Below, in pieces: positions 42,363-53,619 of a stretch of 64,000 nt of DNA. The notes below the pieces were generated by a model. That model was not told where the DNA came from, did not search any database, and worked only from the letters and a program-made list of their open reading frames with translations. Each line of letters starts with the position of its first letter. Position 1 is the first letter of the stretch. This stretch comes from an uncultured Acidobacteriota bacterium (GTDB taxonomy: Bacteria > Acidobacteriota > UBA6911): positions 1-64,000 of the forward strand of contig CAWJKZ010000004.1 of NCBI GenBank assembly GCA_963843575.1, read 5' to 3'. Made by a program: the position numbers and the translations under genes.

Positions 42363-44633
42363 TCAGATCTGGTTCGCGGGAGCAGGCCGGCCCGCGGCTG
42401 CGCTTACGTAGCTTTCGGGTCGACCCTTGTCCGGTCCGTAATACTCGCGGTAATAGCCGGGCAGTATGTTGATGTGGAGGTCGTTCAAAACCACGCCGAT
42501 GACGTTGTGCGCCTGCTCGAGCGCGCGCAGCGCGACCTCTCGGGGGGTTGCGCCGCTCCGCACAACGAAAACCGACCCGTCGACGGCCTCGGAGAGAATT
42601 CGTGCATCCGCAAGGTTGATGAACAGGGCCGGTGAATCCACGACGACGTAGTCGTACGAATCGGTCGCCTCGGTCATCAGGCGGTTCAGCCGGCTGGACG
42701 AGAGCAGTTCGGTGGATTCCGTGGTTGGGGGTCCCGCCGGCAGAACCGAAATCCCCTCGGCCTTCAGGGCGTGGACATACTTTCCCCAATACTCGTCCCC
42801 GGCCAGATAAGTCGTCAGCCCCTCCCGGTTGTCGAGCCCGAATACCCGGTGCACGCAAGGCCGGCGCGCGTCGCCGTCGATCAGCAGGACGCGCTTGCCC
42901 AGCCTGGCGAGCGACAGCGCCAGGTTGACCGAAACCGTCGTCTTCCCTTCCCCGGGCCGCGAACTGGTGACGAGGATCGAGCGCGGAGTCGTCTGCATGC
43001 CCCTGAACAATACGGAAGTGCGCAGGGCGGCGAACGCATTCGATAACACCGATGGCCGCTGCGTGTCGTGGTCGATGCGATACCAGCGCGCGAGCAGCTT
43101 CATCGGGGTGCGCGCCGCGGTGAGAGCCGCAGGTGCGACCTTACCGTTGCGGCTCCGCCCGGTCGCGGCAACCGACGGTATCAAGCCCAGAGCCGGAAGA
43201 CCGAGGACGCTGCCCACTTCTTCAGCGGTCTTCAGCTTCGTGTCGAGCTGGTCTCGCAAAAAGGCGATCCCGACCCCCAGCATCAGGCCGAGCATGCCGC
43301 CGAGGGCCAGGTTGAGCACCGGCTTCGGCTGATCGGGCTTCGTCGGCGCGCTCGCCTGGTCCACGACGCCGACGTGGGTCGCCTTCAGCGCGGTCGACAC
43401 ACCGACTTCCTTCAGCTTCTGCTGCAGGACCACGTAAAGCTGCTTGTTGGTATCGACCTCCCGCTTGAGCGTGTTGTAGCCGGAGGTCTTGGCCGCCACC
43501 CGGTTGACCAGCCTCTGCTGGTCTTCCATCGCCCGTCGGAGCAGTTGCTCGCGCTTTACGGCCGCCTGGTATTCGCCGGTGATCTTGTCGCCGTGACGCT
43601 GCCGTTCGGCCATCAGCTGCACTTCGAGTTCGTCGATCTGGTTGCGGACTTCCTTCGCCTTGGGATACTCCGGGAGGAAAGACGACATCAGCCGCGCATA
43701 CTCGCGCTTCTGCTCGGCAAGCCGGACGCTCAGGCTCTCGATCACCGGGTTATCGAGCGAGTCGAGCGCTCGACCGTCTTTCTGGTCCCGAATGCCGGAG
43801 GCTTCCGACTCTTTTATATAGCGCGCCGCTTCCGCCTGGGTGAGCGCTTCCTGCAACTGCAGGAGGCGGTTGTTAATGAGGTTGTCGGCGTCCCCTTTTT
43901 CGCTTTCCAGAAGCTGCAGGCCGTTCGCCTGGGTGTATTTCCGCAGCCGATCTTCCGAGTTAACAAGCTTGGTCTGGGTGGCCTGGAGCTGGGTCGATAG
44001 CCAGGTCGAGGCCTTTTCTCCCCCCTCCACGCGCAGTTTCACGTAATTGGAGAGCACGGAATTCACCACGCGGGCAGAGCGGTCGGGATCCAGCGAGTCG
44101 AAGCTGACCTGGACGAGCCAGCTCCCCGGCACCGGCATCACGATGAGGAGCGATTCGAACTTCTCCGCGAGAGCCTCCATTTTCGGGGGCGTCGTCGGGC
44201 CGAGCCACGTTCGCCAAAAAGCGGGCTTGAACTCGTCCGCGCTGGCCAAGTCCAGTTCCTTGATCACACGCTGAGCCAGGGTCGTGCTCGTCAGGATCCC
44301 GCACTCGGTCCGCAGGTACTCGGCCGAGACCGGCAACAGGTTGAAGAGCATCTCCGGCGGCACCGCGTCGGCGCTGTCCCGGCGTATCTCCAGGACCCCG
44401 GTCGCACGGTACACCGGGTCCTGCAGCAGGGTCCCCGCTATCACGGCGAGGAAGACGACCAGAAAAACGATCACGATCACAAGGCGGCGATGCCAGACGA
44501 TATGCAGGAGCTTGCGCAGATCCGGCAGCATCGAAAGCTCGGCGGCCGGCTCGGCCGGCACAATCTCGGGCAGCTGCCTGTCCCGTGAATACTGATTTCG
44601 CCTGACGAGTTGATTTTCCATACGATTGTTCAC
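42363..44633 (-). CDS. wzc: Polysaccharide co-polymerase / BY-kinase (second copy)
   Basis: SSRPGEGKTT, IDGDAR, VVDSP, tail GYYREYY. Confidence 0.93.
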   Translation of the reverse strand: MNNRMENQLVRRNQYSRDRQLPEIVPAEPAAELSMLPDLRKLLHIVWHRRLVIVIVFLVVFLAVIAGTLLQDPVYRATGVLEIRRDSADAVPPEMLFNLLPVSAEYLRTECGILTSTTLAQRVIKELDLASADEFKPAFWRTWLGPTTPPKMEALAEKFESLLIVMPVPGSWLVQVSFDSLDPDRSARVVNSVLSNYVKLRVEGGEKASTWLSTQLQATQTKLVNSEDRLRKYTQANGLQLLESEKGDADNLINNRLLQLQEALTQAEAARYIKESEASGIRDQKDGRALDSLDNPVIESLSVRLAEQKREYARLMSSFLPEYPKAKEVRNQIDELEVQLMAERQRHGDKITGEYQAAVKREQLLRRAMEDQQRLVNRVAAKTSGYNTLKREVDTNKQLYVVLQQKLKEVGVSTALKATHVGVVDQASAPTKPDQPKPVLNLALGGMLGLMLGVGIAFLRDQLDTKLKTAEEVGSVLGLPALGLIPSVAATGRSRNGKVAPAALTAARTPMKLLARWYRIDHDTQRPSVLSNAFAALRTSVLFRGMQTTPRSILVTSSRPGEGKTTVSVNLALSLARLGKRVLLIDGDARRPCVHRVFGLDNREGLTTYLAGDEYWGKYVHALKAEGISVLPAGPPTTESTELLSSSRLNRLMTEATDSYDYVVVDSPALFINLADARILSEAVDGSVFVVRSGATPREVALRALEQAHNVIGVVLNDLHINILPGYYREYYGPDKGRPESYVSAAAGRPAPANQI

Positions 44634-44646
44634 GCTTCTTTCTTAT

Positions 44647-45663
44647 TTACGGAAGTACGGTGCGCAGGGTGATCATCCGGACGAGCGCGTCCGCGGTGCC
44701 GAGCGCCACGGACTTGCCCCTGCTGTTGGGCACGAAAACAACGTCGCGCGCCTGCAGCGGGACGTCGGGCGCTTTGCCGTTGAGTATGTCGCTCAGGTTG
44801 ATCGGCACCTCCTGGCGGGTGCCCGTGTCCAGGGTGCGGATGACCCTCGCATTCTTGCCGGCTGCCGTCGCCTTCAGACCCTCACCCAGTGCAAGAGCAT
44901 TCAAGATCGTGAGCTTCTCGTGATCGTTCATCGGGAAAGCCCCCGGCTTGTTGACCTCACCCACGATGTAAACCAGTCCGGCCGACATCACCTTCACGAT
45001 GTCCCCCGGGTAAACGAGGACGTTCTGCTGCGGGTCCCCGGCCTGAAGCAGGTCCTTGAGCTTCACTTCAACGAAGTTGCTCGGCGGAAGAGTTCCGGCC
45101 TGCGCCGCGGCGAATGCGGCCGGCGCATCGCCTTCCCGGCTTGCCGCCGAACCGGCAGCCGTGCCGCGCATCACGATCGCGGTGGACCCGGCGCCCGGCG
45201 CCAGCCCCTGAGCCAGCGACAGGACCTCCAGCAGTGTCCGTGCTCCCCTTATCTGAAACGTGCCCGGTTTGTTCACCGCACCCATTACCGAAATGGTGTG
45301 GCTCTGCATCTCGAGGACCTGGACGCTCACCTGGGGGTTGCGCATGTAGGTCTCACGCAGACGGTCCTGGACCATGAGTTCGATCGCCCGGGGCGCGAGC
45401 CCGCCCACCTGGAAGACTCCTATCAGAGGAAGGGAGATCTCGCCGCTGGCCGAGACGCGGACGGGACGGCTCAGATCGGGAGCCTCGAGCACCGTGACCG
45501 AGAGGAGATCGTCCGGTCCCGCGCAGTAGTCCGCGCTCCTGGCCTGCGCCGGCTCCGCCGCGGCGGGCGCCGACTCTGTCTGCGCCCCCAGGGCTTGGAC
45601 AAAAGCAAATGCGAGGAACGCGACGGGCACTGCCGGGCCCGTTACTCTGTTGCGGCAAATCAT
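44647..45663 (-). CDS. wza: Polysaccharide export protein (OPX), second copy
   Basis: GPDDLLSVTV...GEISLPLIG, SLBB repeats, LQARDVVFVP. Confidence 0.92.
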   Translation of the reverse strand: MICRNRVTGPAVPVAFLAFAFVQALGAQTESAPAAAEPAQARSADYCAGPDDLLSVTVLEAPDLSRPVRVSASGEISLPLIGVFQVGGLAPRAIELMVQDRLRETYMRNPQVSVQVLEMQSHTISVMGAVNKPGTFQIRGARTLLEVLSLAQGLAPGAGSTAIVMRGTAAGSAASREGDAPAAFAAAQAGTLPPSNFVEVKLKDLLQAGDPQQNVLVYPGDIVKVMSAGLVYIVGEVNKPGAFPMNDHEKLTILNALALGEGLKATAAGKNARVIRTLDTGTRQEVPINLSDILNGKAPDVPLQARDVVFVPNSRGKSVALGTADALVRMITLRTVLP

Positions 45664-45987
45664 TTTCCCTTACTCCCTGCAAGAACACCCGATGAGGTTC
45701 CAATTCAGATGTCCTTAAAGATCCAGCCTGGCGGCCATTTCTACAATCCGGTATATGCCGCAATCGCTTTAGGGAGAATGCAGCAAAATCCCTTAAGGGG
45801 AATTCACGGGATCTTAATAGTGTGTTCATGGCTCGCTAACGTCGCTGGGACGCGGATTTACCCCGATGTACGTGGATTTTGACTTGGTGACAGGCAGACA
45901 GCTGCACTCTATTCAGGTTTTCCCTGAGCGACAAATGCGAATATCCCTCGATTGAGGGCTTCACGGCGGCGGCCTACCCTTCACATT

Positions 45988-47832
45988 ATGAAAACAAGAC
46001 GAGTTGTGCCGGCCATGCTGGCGGGGATCCTCATTCCGGTTGTTTTTGGCGCGCCCGCAGTTTCGCAAGGGCCGATTTCCGGCATGCGACTCGTCGGCCA
46101 GATCGGCGGCAGGATCGGCACCCTGGCAGTGCAGGGGACTTACGGATATGTGGCGTTGGGGCCGCGCGTCCTGGTCCTGAACCTCTCGAATCCGGGAGCT
46201 CCGGCGCCGGCGGGCCAGACGTCTGTCTTTTCCGGTCTCGTCCAGGCCGTGGCCGTCGGCGAGAGGTTTCTGGCCGTCGGACTGGGACGGGGCGGCGTGC
46301 GGCTGCTGGACGTCTCGAACCCGGCCGAGCCGCGCGAACTGGGAGGGTTGAACACGCCCGGAAGTGCGGAGGGGCTATTTGTGCGCGGCCGGCACCTATA
46401 CATAGCGGACGGGTCTGCGGGCCTCCAGATTTTCGACACTGCCGACCCCGCCAACCCCTACCTCGTGGGCAGCTTCAAAACTCCCGGGTATGCGGCTGGC
46501 GTGTGCGTGGCCGGTGACTACGCTTTCGTCGCGGACACCGCATCCGGCCTCCGCATACTCGACGTGCGAGACCCGGGCAGCCCGTCGGAGGTTGGGGCAC
46601 TGGAGGCCGCGCGCGGCGTCATGACTGTCCAGGTGAGCGGCAGATTCGCATATCTGGCCGACGGGCAGGACCTGCGCATCGTCGACGTCTCCCGGCCGTC
46701 ACGGCCGATGGAGGTGGCCGTCCATCATACCGACGGCACCATCCGGGAGATTTCAATTGTGGGCGAGACCGCTTATGTCGCCGACGGGTGGGCAGGATTG
46801 CGGGTACTCGACCTCTCCCAACCCGCGCTGCCGGCCGAAACCGGAGCGCTGGCTTCTTCCGGGCCGGTGACCAGCATATCGGCGGACGGGGCCCACGCAT
46901 TCATCGTCGACGAACTGTACGGCTTGAGGGTAATCGACGTCTCCAAGCCCGGCTTTCTCCTTCAGACCGGCTCCTTCCCGGTGGCTCAATCAGTCCAGGA
47001 CGTCCACGTCGTCGGCAGTCGCGCCTACGTGGCCGCAGGCGAGGCCGGCCTCAGGATTGTCGATGTTTCCGACCCGACTCGACCGGTCGAGGTGGGAGCA
47101 CTCAAGACGGCCAGGTTCGCCCGGGGCGTTCATGTTTCCGGAGACGAGGCCTTCGTGGCAGCGGGCGATGCCGGCCTGAGAGTGATCGACGTGTCCGAAC
47201 CGTCACATCCCCGTGAAATAGGCTCGACGGCCACCCCGGGAGATGCAGGCGCGGTTTACACGGCCGGCAGCCTGGCGTTCGTCGCGGACGGTTGGGCGGG
47301 CTTGCGCATCATCGATGTCTCAGACCCGGAAAAGCCCGTCGAGCTGGGGGCCTTCGAATCCGGGTCCGTCGAGCGGATGTGGGTGTCCGCCGAATGTGCG
47401 TACGTGACCGGCGGCAAGAACGACCTGCGCGTTGTGGATCTTTCGGACCCGCGCAGACCATTGGAGATCGCCGCGTTCGATATGCCCGAGGACGTCAACG
47501 ACATCTATGTCAGCGGACTGCGCGCCTACATATCCGCAGGCGCGAATCACCTCCGCGTGGTCGATCCGCCCGCGGCCCGGTCCGAGGAGGCCGGCGCTGT
47601 CGAACGTTCGTCCGGCGGCCGGATCGCCGCTCGGGACGAGTACGCTTTCATCGCCGCAGAAGGGGACGGGGTGACCGTCGTATCCACGGCCAATTCCGGG
47701 AAGCCGACGACAGTGGCCCGACTCCGCACTGTCGGGTCGGCGGCCCGCCTCCAGGTTATAGGTGATTATGTATATGTGGCTGATGGGGATGGCGGGCTCG
47801 CCATCCTGCGACTCGAGCGCTCCAATCGGTAA
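45988..47832 (+). CDS. Secreted LVIVD-repeat beta-propeller protein
   Basis: Signal peptide and ~14 repeats of V.G.YAYVADG..GLRI.DVSDP..P.E.G. Confidence 0.88.
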   Translation: MKTRRVVPAMLAGILIPVVFGAPAVSQGPISGMRLVGQIGGRIGTLAVQGTYGYVALGPRVLVLNLSNPGAPAPAGQTSVFSGLVQAVAVGERFLAVGLGRGGVRLLDVSNPAEPRELGGLNTPGSAEGLFVRGRHLYIADGSAGLQIFDTADPANPYLVGSFKTPGYAAGVCVAGDYAFVADTASGLRILDVRDPGSPSEVGALEAARGVMTVQVSGRFAYLADGQDLRIVDVSRPSRPMEVAVHHTDGTIREISIVGETAYVADGWAGLRVLDLSQPALPAETGALASSGPVTSISADGAHAFIVDELYGLRVIDVSKPGFLLQTGSFPVAQSVQDVHVVGSRAYVAAGEAGLRIVDVSDPTRPVEVGALKTARFARGVHVSGDEAFVAAGDAGLRVIDVSEPSHPREIGSTATPGDAGAVYTAGSLAFVADGWAGLRIIDVSDPEKPVELGAFESGSVERMWVSAECAYVTGGKNDLRVVDLSDPRRPLEIAAFDMPEDVNDIYVSGLRAYISAGANHLRVVDPPAARSEEAGAVERSSGGRIAARDEYAFIAAEGDGVTVVSTANSGKPTTVARLRTVGSAARLQVIGDYVYVADGDGGLAILRLERSNR

Positions 47833-50800
47833 GGCGTCCCTGCCGGCGGACCGGCGCGCGTCTGGGATCGGGCTGTTGCTCCTTACCGGATGGCTCCTCG
47901 GCAGCGGCGCCGCAAACGAAGCCGCTGCCCAGAGCCTGATAGGCTATCGCGACTTCTCCTTCGGGACTACGTGCAACTCGACCCCTACAGGGGAAAAACC
48001 GGAGAGCAAACTGTGGATCAACGACGGGTCGTGGTGGGGTAGCCTGTGCAACCCGACGGCGAAGGAGTACCACATATACCGGCTCGACCTGCCGACTCAG
48101 CAATGGATCGACACCGGCACGGCGATCGACGACCGCCCCGGAACCAAGGGCGACACCCTCTGGGACCCGGCGTCCCAGAAACTCTACGTCGTCTCGCACG
48201 TGTTTACGACGACCGGACAGTCGGTGTCGTCGAGCGGCCAGTGGGGCCGTCTCTACCGCTTCAGCTACAACTCGTCAACCAAGCAATACAGCCTCGATTC
48301 CGGTTTCCCCATAACCGTGACCCGGGGCAAATCCGAAACGCTCGTCATCGCCAAGGATTCCACCGGCCAGTTGTGGGTCACCTACGTCGAGAACAGTAAG
48401 GTGATGGTGAACCACTCCAACGGCAGCGATACCTCCTGGGGGGATCCATACGTCCTGCCGCTACCAGCGAGCGCGACCACTGTAGCCGCCGACGACATCT
48501 CGTCCATTCTCGCCTTTCAGGGCAACAAGATCGGCGTAATGTGGAGCAGCCAGCTGAATAAGAGGTTCTATTTCGGGGTGCACCTGGATGGCACGCCCGA
48601 CACCGCATGGCAAATGGACAGCGTCGGCATACCCGGGCCGCCCTGTTCGGGCGACTGCGGCGACGATCACATCAACCTGAAGTCAATCCAGGTGGACGGC
48701 ACCGGGCGGGTGTTTGCGGCCATCAAGACCTCTCTGACCGCGGCCAACGCCCCCCTCGTCATGCTCGTCGCGCGTGACAGAAACGGGAACTGGGCCAGCT
48801 ATGTTTTTGGCCGGAAGAGAGATGCCCTCACCAGGCCCGTGGTCTTGCTCGACGAGGAACACGGACGCCTCTACATGTTCGCCACCTCGCCCGAGAGCAG
48901 CGGCAGCATCTACTACAAATCCACCGACATCAACAACATCAGCTTCCCTGTCGGACTGGGCGACCTGTTCATCGACAGCCCGACCGACTCCCGGATCAAC
49001 AACGCGACCTCGACCAAGCAGAACCTCAACAGTTCGACGGGGCTGGTGGTGCTGGCCAGCGATCAGGATTCGAAGTACTATCTTCACAACTACCTGTCCC
49101 TGAACCCGTCCGGCGCCCCAACGGCCAATTTCTCGGGCACGCCCACGACCGGGTCGACGCCCCTGACGGTCAACTTCACCGACCTGTCCACCGGTTCGCC
49201 GACGAGCTGGAGCTGGAACTTCGGCGATGGCGGGACCTCCACCCTGCAGAATCCCAGCCACATCTACAGCGCCGCCGGACAGTACACCGTCAGCCTCACC
49301 GCCACCAACGGCACCGGCCCGAACACCGCCACCAAGACCAACTACATCACCGTCTCCGCAGCCGCGCCGGTCGCCAACTTCTCCGGCACGCCCACGACCG
49401 GGTCGGCGCCCCTGACGGTCAACTTCACCGACCTGTCCACCGGTTCGCCGACCAGCTGGAGCTGGAACTTCGGCGACGGCGGGACCTCCACGCTGCAGAA
49501 TCCCAGTCACATCTACAGCGCCGCCGGACAGTATACCGTCAGCCTCACCGCCACCAACGGCACCGGCCCGAACACCGCCACCAAGACCAACTACATCACC
49601 GTCTCCGCAGCCGCGCCGGTGGCAGATTTCTCGGGCACGCCCACGACCGGGTCGGCGCCCCTGACGGTCAACTTCACCGACCTGTCCACCGGTGCGCCAA
49701 CGAGCTGGAGCTGGAACTTCGGCGACGGCGGGACCTCTACGCTGCAGAATCCCAACCACATCTACAGCGCCGCCGGGCAGTACACCGTCAGCCTCACCGC
49801 CACCAACGGCGCGGGCCCGAACACCGCCACCAAGACCAACTACATCACCGTCTCCGCAGCCGCGCCGGTGGCAGATTTCTCGGGCATCCCCACGACTCGG
49901 GTCGGCCCCCTGAGCGGTCACACTTCACCGACCTGTCCACCGGTTCGCCGACCAGCTGGAGCTGGAACTTCGGCGACGGCGGGACCTCCACCCTGCAGAA
50001 TCCCAGCCACATCTACAGCGCCGCCGGGCAGTACACCGTCAGCCTCACCGCCACCAACGGCACCGGCCCGAACACCGCCACCAAGACCAACTACATCACC
50101 GTCTCCGCAGCCGCGCCGGTGGCAGATTTCTCGGGCACGCCCACGACCGGGTCGGCGCCCCTGACGGTCAACTTCACCGACCTGTCCACCGGTTCGCCGA
50201 CCAGCTGGAGCTGGAACTTCGGCGACGGCGGGACCTCCACCCTGCAGAATCCCAGCCACGTCTACAGCGCCGCCGGACAGTACACCGTCAGCCTCACCGC
50301 CACCAACGGCACCGGCCCGAACACCGCCACCAAGACCAACTACATCACCGTCTCCGCAGCCGCGCCGGTGGCCGACTTCTCCGGCACGCCCACGACCGGG
50401 TCGGCGCCCCTGACGGTCAACTTCACCGACCTGTCCACCGGTTCGCCGACCAGCTGGAGCTGGAACTTCGGCGACGGCGGGACCTCCACGCTGCAGAATC
50501 CCAGTCACATCTACAGCGCCGCCGGACAGTACACCGTCAGCCTCACCGCCACCAACGGCGCGGGCCCGAACACCGCCACCAAGACCAACTACATCACCGT
50601 CTCCGCAGCCGCGCCGGTGGCCAACTTCTCGGGCACGCCTACGACCGGGTCCGCGCCCCTGACGGTCAACTTCACCGACCTGTCCACCGGTGCGCCGACC
50701 AGCTGGAGCTGGAACTTCGGCGACGGCGGGACCTCCACCCTGCAGAATCCCAGCCACATCTACAGCGCCGCCGGGCAGTACACCGTCAGCCTCACCGCCA

Positions 50801-52014
50801 CCAACGGCGCGGGCCCGAACACCGCCACCAAGACCAACTACATCACCGTCTCCGCAGCCGCGCCGGTGGCAGATTTCTCGGGCATCCCCCACCTCGGGCC
50901 AGGCTCCGCTGAGCGGTCACACTTCACTGACCTGTCCACCGGTTCGCCGACCAGCTGGAGCTGGAACTTCGGCGACGGCGGGAACTCCACCCTGCAGAAC
51001 CCCAGCCACATCTACAGCGCCGCCGGGCAGTACACCGTCAGCCTCACCGCCACCAACGGCGCGGGCCCGAACACGGCAACCAAGACGAACTACATCACCG
51101 TCTCGGCGGCACCGTCGCCGCCTGGCGCCGATTTCTCCGGAACCCCTACCTCGGGCCAGGCCCCGTTGAGCGTCGCATTCACCGACCTGTCCACCGGCTC
51201 CCCGACGATCTGGAGCTGGAACTTCGGCGATGGCGGGAACTCCACCCTGCAGAACCCCAGCCACATCTACAGCGCCGCCGGGCAGTATACCGTCAGCCTC
51301 ACGGCCTCAAACGGCGCGGGCCCGAACACCGCCACCAAGACCAACTACGTCACAGTGTCGAGCTCGGGAGGCTCGGTCACTCATATGGAGACCCGGACGG
51401 GAGGTTCATCCGGCCTGCAGACGGTATCGACGGGCGTGAGTCTCACGGGGGTGGCCGGAAACCTGTACTTGGCGGCGGTCTCGACCAAGCCCAGGGTGGC
51501 GGTCGCCAGCCTTTCGGGTATGGGCCTGAACTGGACGCTGGTCAGGGGGCAATGCGCCGGGCGCAACCAGACCGGAATCGAACTCTGGATGGCCCAAGGC
51601 ACACCGAGCGGCAACGGTCCGGTGACCGCGACACTCGGTTCGGTCCCAACCAACGCAGCCATCGCCGTGTCACGCTACTCCGGCGTCAACGCCAGCTCGC
51701 CCCTGGGCAACATCGTTTCGGGGAACACCAACGGCGCCGGTGGACTCTGCTCGGGCGGCGTTGACAGCAACGCCTACTCGTTCGGTCTGTCGGTGACTAC
51801 GACCGGGGCGCTGGCCTACGGGGCGGCGGCCATCCGCAACCGGACGCACACTCCCGGAGCCGGTTATACCGAGCGCGCCGAGATCATGCAGGGCACAAGC
51901 GGAGATGCGGCCGCAGTCGCGATCGAGGACAAGCCGAGCGCTACGACGGTCTTGAACGGCTCGCTGAGCGGAACAACAGACTGGGCAGTCATCGGGGTAG
52001 AAATAAAACCCTGA
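47789..52014 (+). CDS. Large secreted PKD-repeat surface protein/adhesin (start uncertain; frameshift near 49900)
   Basis: Signal-like segment, ~400-aa N-terminal domain (GEKPESKLW), nine PKD domains (WSWNFGDG), C-terminal beta domain. Confidence 0.88.
49117..51360 (+). repeat. Nine tandem ~249-bp near-identical PKD-coding repeats
   Basis: The A(N/D)FSG motif starts at ~49124, 49373, 49622, 49871, 50122, 50371, 50620, 50869 and 51127. Confidence 0.92.
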
Positions 52015-52029
52015 ACAACTTCACTGCGG

Positions 52030-52105
52030 TTCTTCGAGGCCTTCGAGAAGCCTTTGAGGTGAGCTCCACCAACACGCCTCCAAGACTTCTCGAAGGCTCG
52101 AAGAA
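52030..52105. repeat. Intergenic inverted repeat (TCGAAG-rich)
   Basis: ttcttcgaggccttcgagaag (52030-52050) pairs with cttctcgaaggctcgaagaa (52086-52105). Confidence 0.65.
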
Positions 52106-52175
52106 TCTCGAAGGGGATTTTGTCGCTCAACATGGGGGGTCGTCCGTTAGATGGGGTATAATCCTAGGAGAGGTT

Positions 52176-52523
52176 ATGGACGAACAGAGACCCAACGACC
52201 GGAACCACTTGATCGACTTCATCGCAGCCACCGTCGAAGCCATGCGCCACGAGATGGTGACGAAGGACGAGTTCCGCACGGAAATCGCGGCAGTACGCGG
52301 CGAAATGGCCACCAAGGGCGAACTGCGCCGCCTCGAAGAGAAGATGGACGCCGGATTCACGGCGGTCAGGGGCGACGTCGAACGCGTCGCCCTGCGCCTC
52401 GACCAGGTCGATCGGAATCAGTCGCTGCGCACCGCTTCAGTTGAGAACGGCGTGAGCCGCCTGCGCTCCGTCGTCTACCTCCTCGTCAAAGACCAGCCAG
52501 ACCTCGTGCGCATGCTCGGTTAG
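52176..52523 (+). CDS. Small coiled-coil hypothetical protein
   Basis: TATAAT at 52157, AGGAGAGG RBS, repeated M(V/A)TK.E motif. Confidence 0.7.
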   Translation: MDEQRPNDRNHLIDFIAATVEAMRHEMVTKDEFRTEIAAVRGEMATKGELRRLEEKMDAGFTAVRGDVERVALRLDQVDRNQSLRTASVENGVSRLRSVVYLLVKDQPDLVRMLG

Positions 52524-52607
52524 CGGTGATCCGCTTGGCTGACCTGGACGCGGATCTGCGCTGATTCCCGCGTAAATCAGCGCGATCCGCGTCCCCGTTT
52601 GGGTTCG

Positions 52608-53237
52608 TCAGGGTTCGACCAGGCCGCTGCGGATGGCGTAGCGGACAAGGCTGGCGACTTCGTGGATGTCAAGCTTCCGCATCAGCCGCACGCGGTGGGA
52701 TTCCACCGTCTTGATGCTTATCCCGAGCACGGCGGCGATCTCTTTGGTGGACTTCCCTTCGCCGATCAGCTGGATGACCTGCCGTTCGCGTGCGGAAATG
52801 GGCTCCGCCTCCGGCTCCTGCTTCGTAAGGTAGGCATCGACCACGGCGCGGGAAACGCCCGGGCTCAGATACACCTCACCCTTGTAGACCTGACGAACCG
52901 CGTGGACGAGATCCATGGCACCCTGGGTCTTGAGCACGTAACCGCGAACCCCGACTTTCAGGGCGCGGGCGACGTACTGGGCCGCGTCGTGGAAGGTGAG
53001 CAGGATGGTTCTCGTCTGCGGGGAGACTTTGCGTATCTCGGCAGCGGCGTCGAGGCCGTTCATGATGGGCATCGAGATGTCGAGCACAGCGACGTCCGGC
53101 TTCTCGGCCGCCGCCAGCGCCACCGCATCCAGTCCCTGCGTCGCCTCGCCTACGATCTGTATTCCTTCGCTCTCGAGGAGCGCCTTCAGTCCCTGTCGGA
53201 CTATCAGGTGATCATCAGCCAAAAGTGCTCGTATCAT
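52608..53237 (-). CDS. NarL/LuxR family response regulator
   Basis: LLADDH, VLDISMP, GYVLK, HTH ISIKTVESHR. Confidence 0.93.
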   Translation of the reverse strand: MIRALLADDHLIVRQGLKALLESEGIQIVGEATQGLDAVALAAAEKPDVAVLDISMPIMNGLDAAAEIRKVSPQTRTILLTFHDAAQYVARALKVGVRGYVLKTQGAMDLVHAVRQVYKGEVYLSPGVSRAVVDAYLTKQEPEAEPISARERQVIQLIGEGKSTKEIAAVLGISIKTVESHRVRLMRKLDIHEVASLVRYAIRSGLVEP

Positions 53238-53238
53238 G

Positions 53239-53500
53239 TCAACCTCCAACCGGGATATCAATGTGCAGCTGTGTGCCTCGATCGGGGTACGACTGGATGT
53301 GCACGTTTCCCCCCACCGAGTCGACACGTTCTCTGATTCCAATGAGTCCGAGACCGCCGGGCTCCGCGCCCTCGAACGCATGCGGCTGTATCCGACGCCG
53401 TTGGTGCGCGATCCGCAGTTCCGATTCGGCCGCGACGGCGAGAAAATTCTGCAGCGCGACACGACAGCGTGCCGTCCAATGATCCGGGTTGGGCGGGACA
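53239..53500 (-). pseudogene. 3' remnant of a NarX-type histidine kinase (HATPase end)
   Basis: GLGLIGIRERV..VGG...GTQLHIDIP in one frame and NGVGY (G1 box) in another; no room for a HisKA domain. Confidence 0.7.
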
Positions 53501-53619
53501 TCCGCGAGCGCGCCGGAATCCGTCGTTTCGGCAACACCTTCAGACATGCGAACTCCTTGGTAACTGCAAACGTGAGCAACGCAGGGGGGATAGGGGTAAG
53601 GTATGCCGCGCTTCGTTTC

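Noticed and set aside
49117-51360. CRISPR array or other non-coding repeat
   Set aside because: The 249-bp units have no unique spacers and encode PKD domains in frame.
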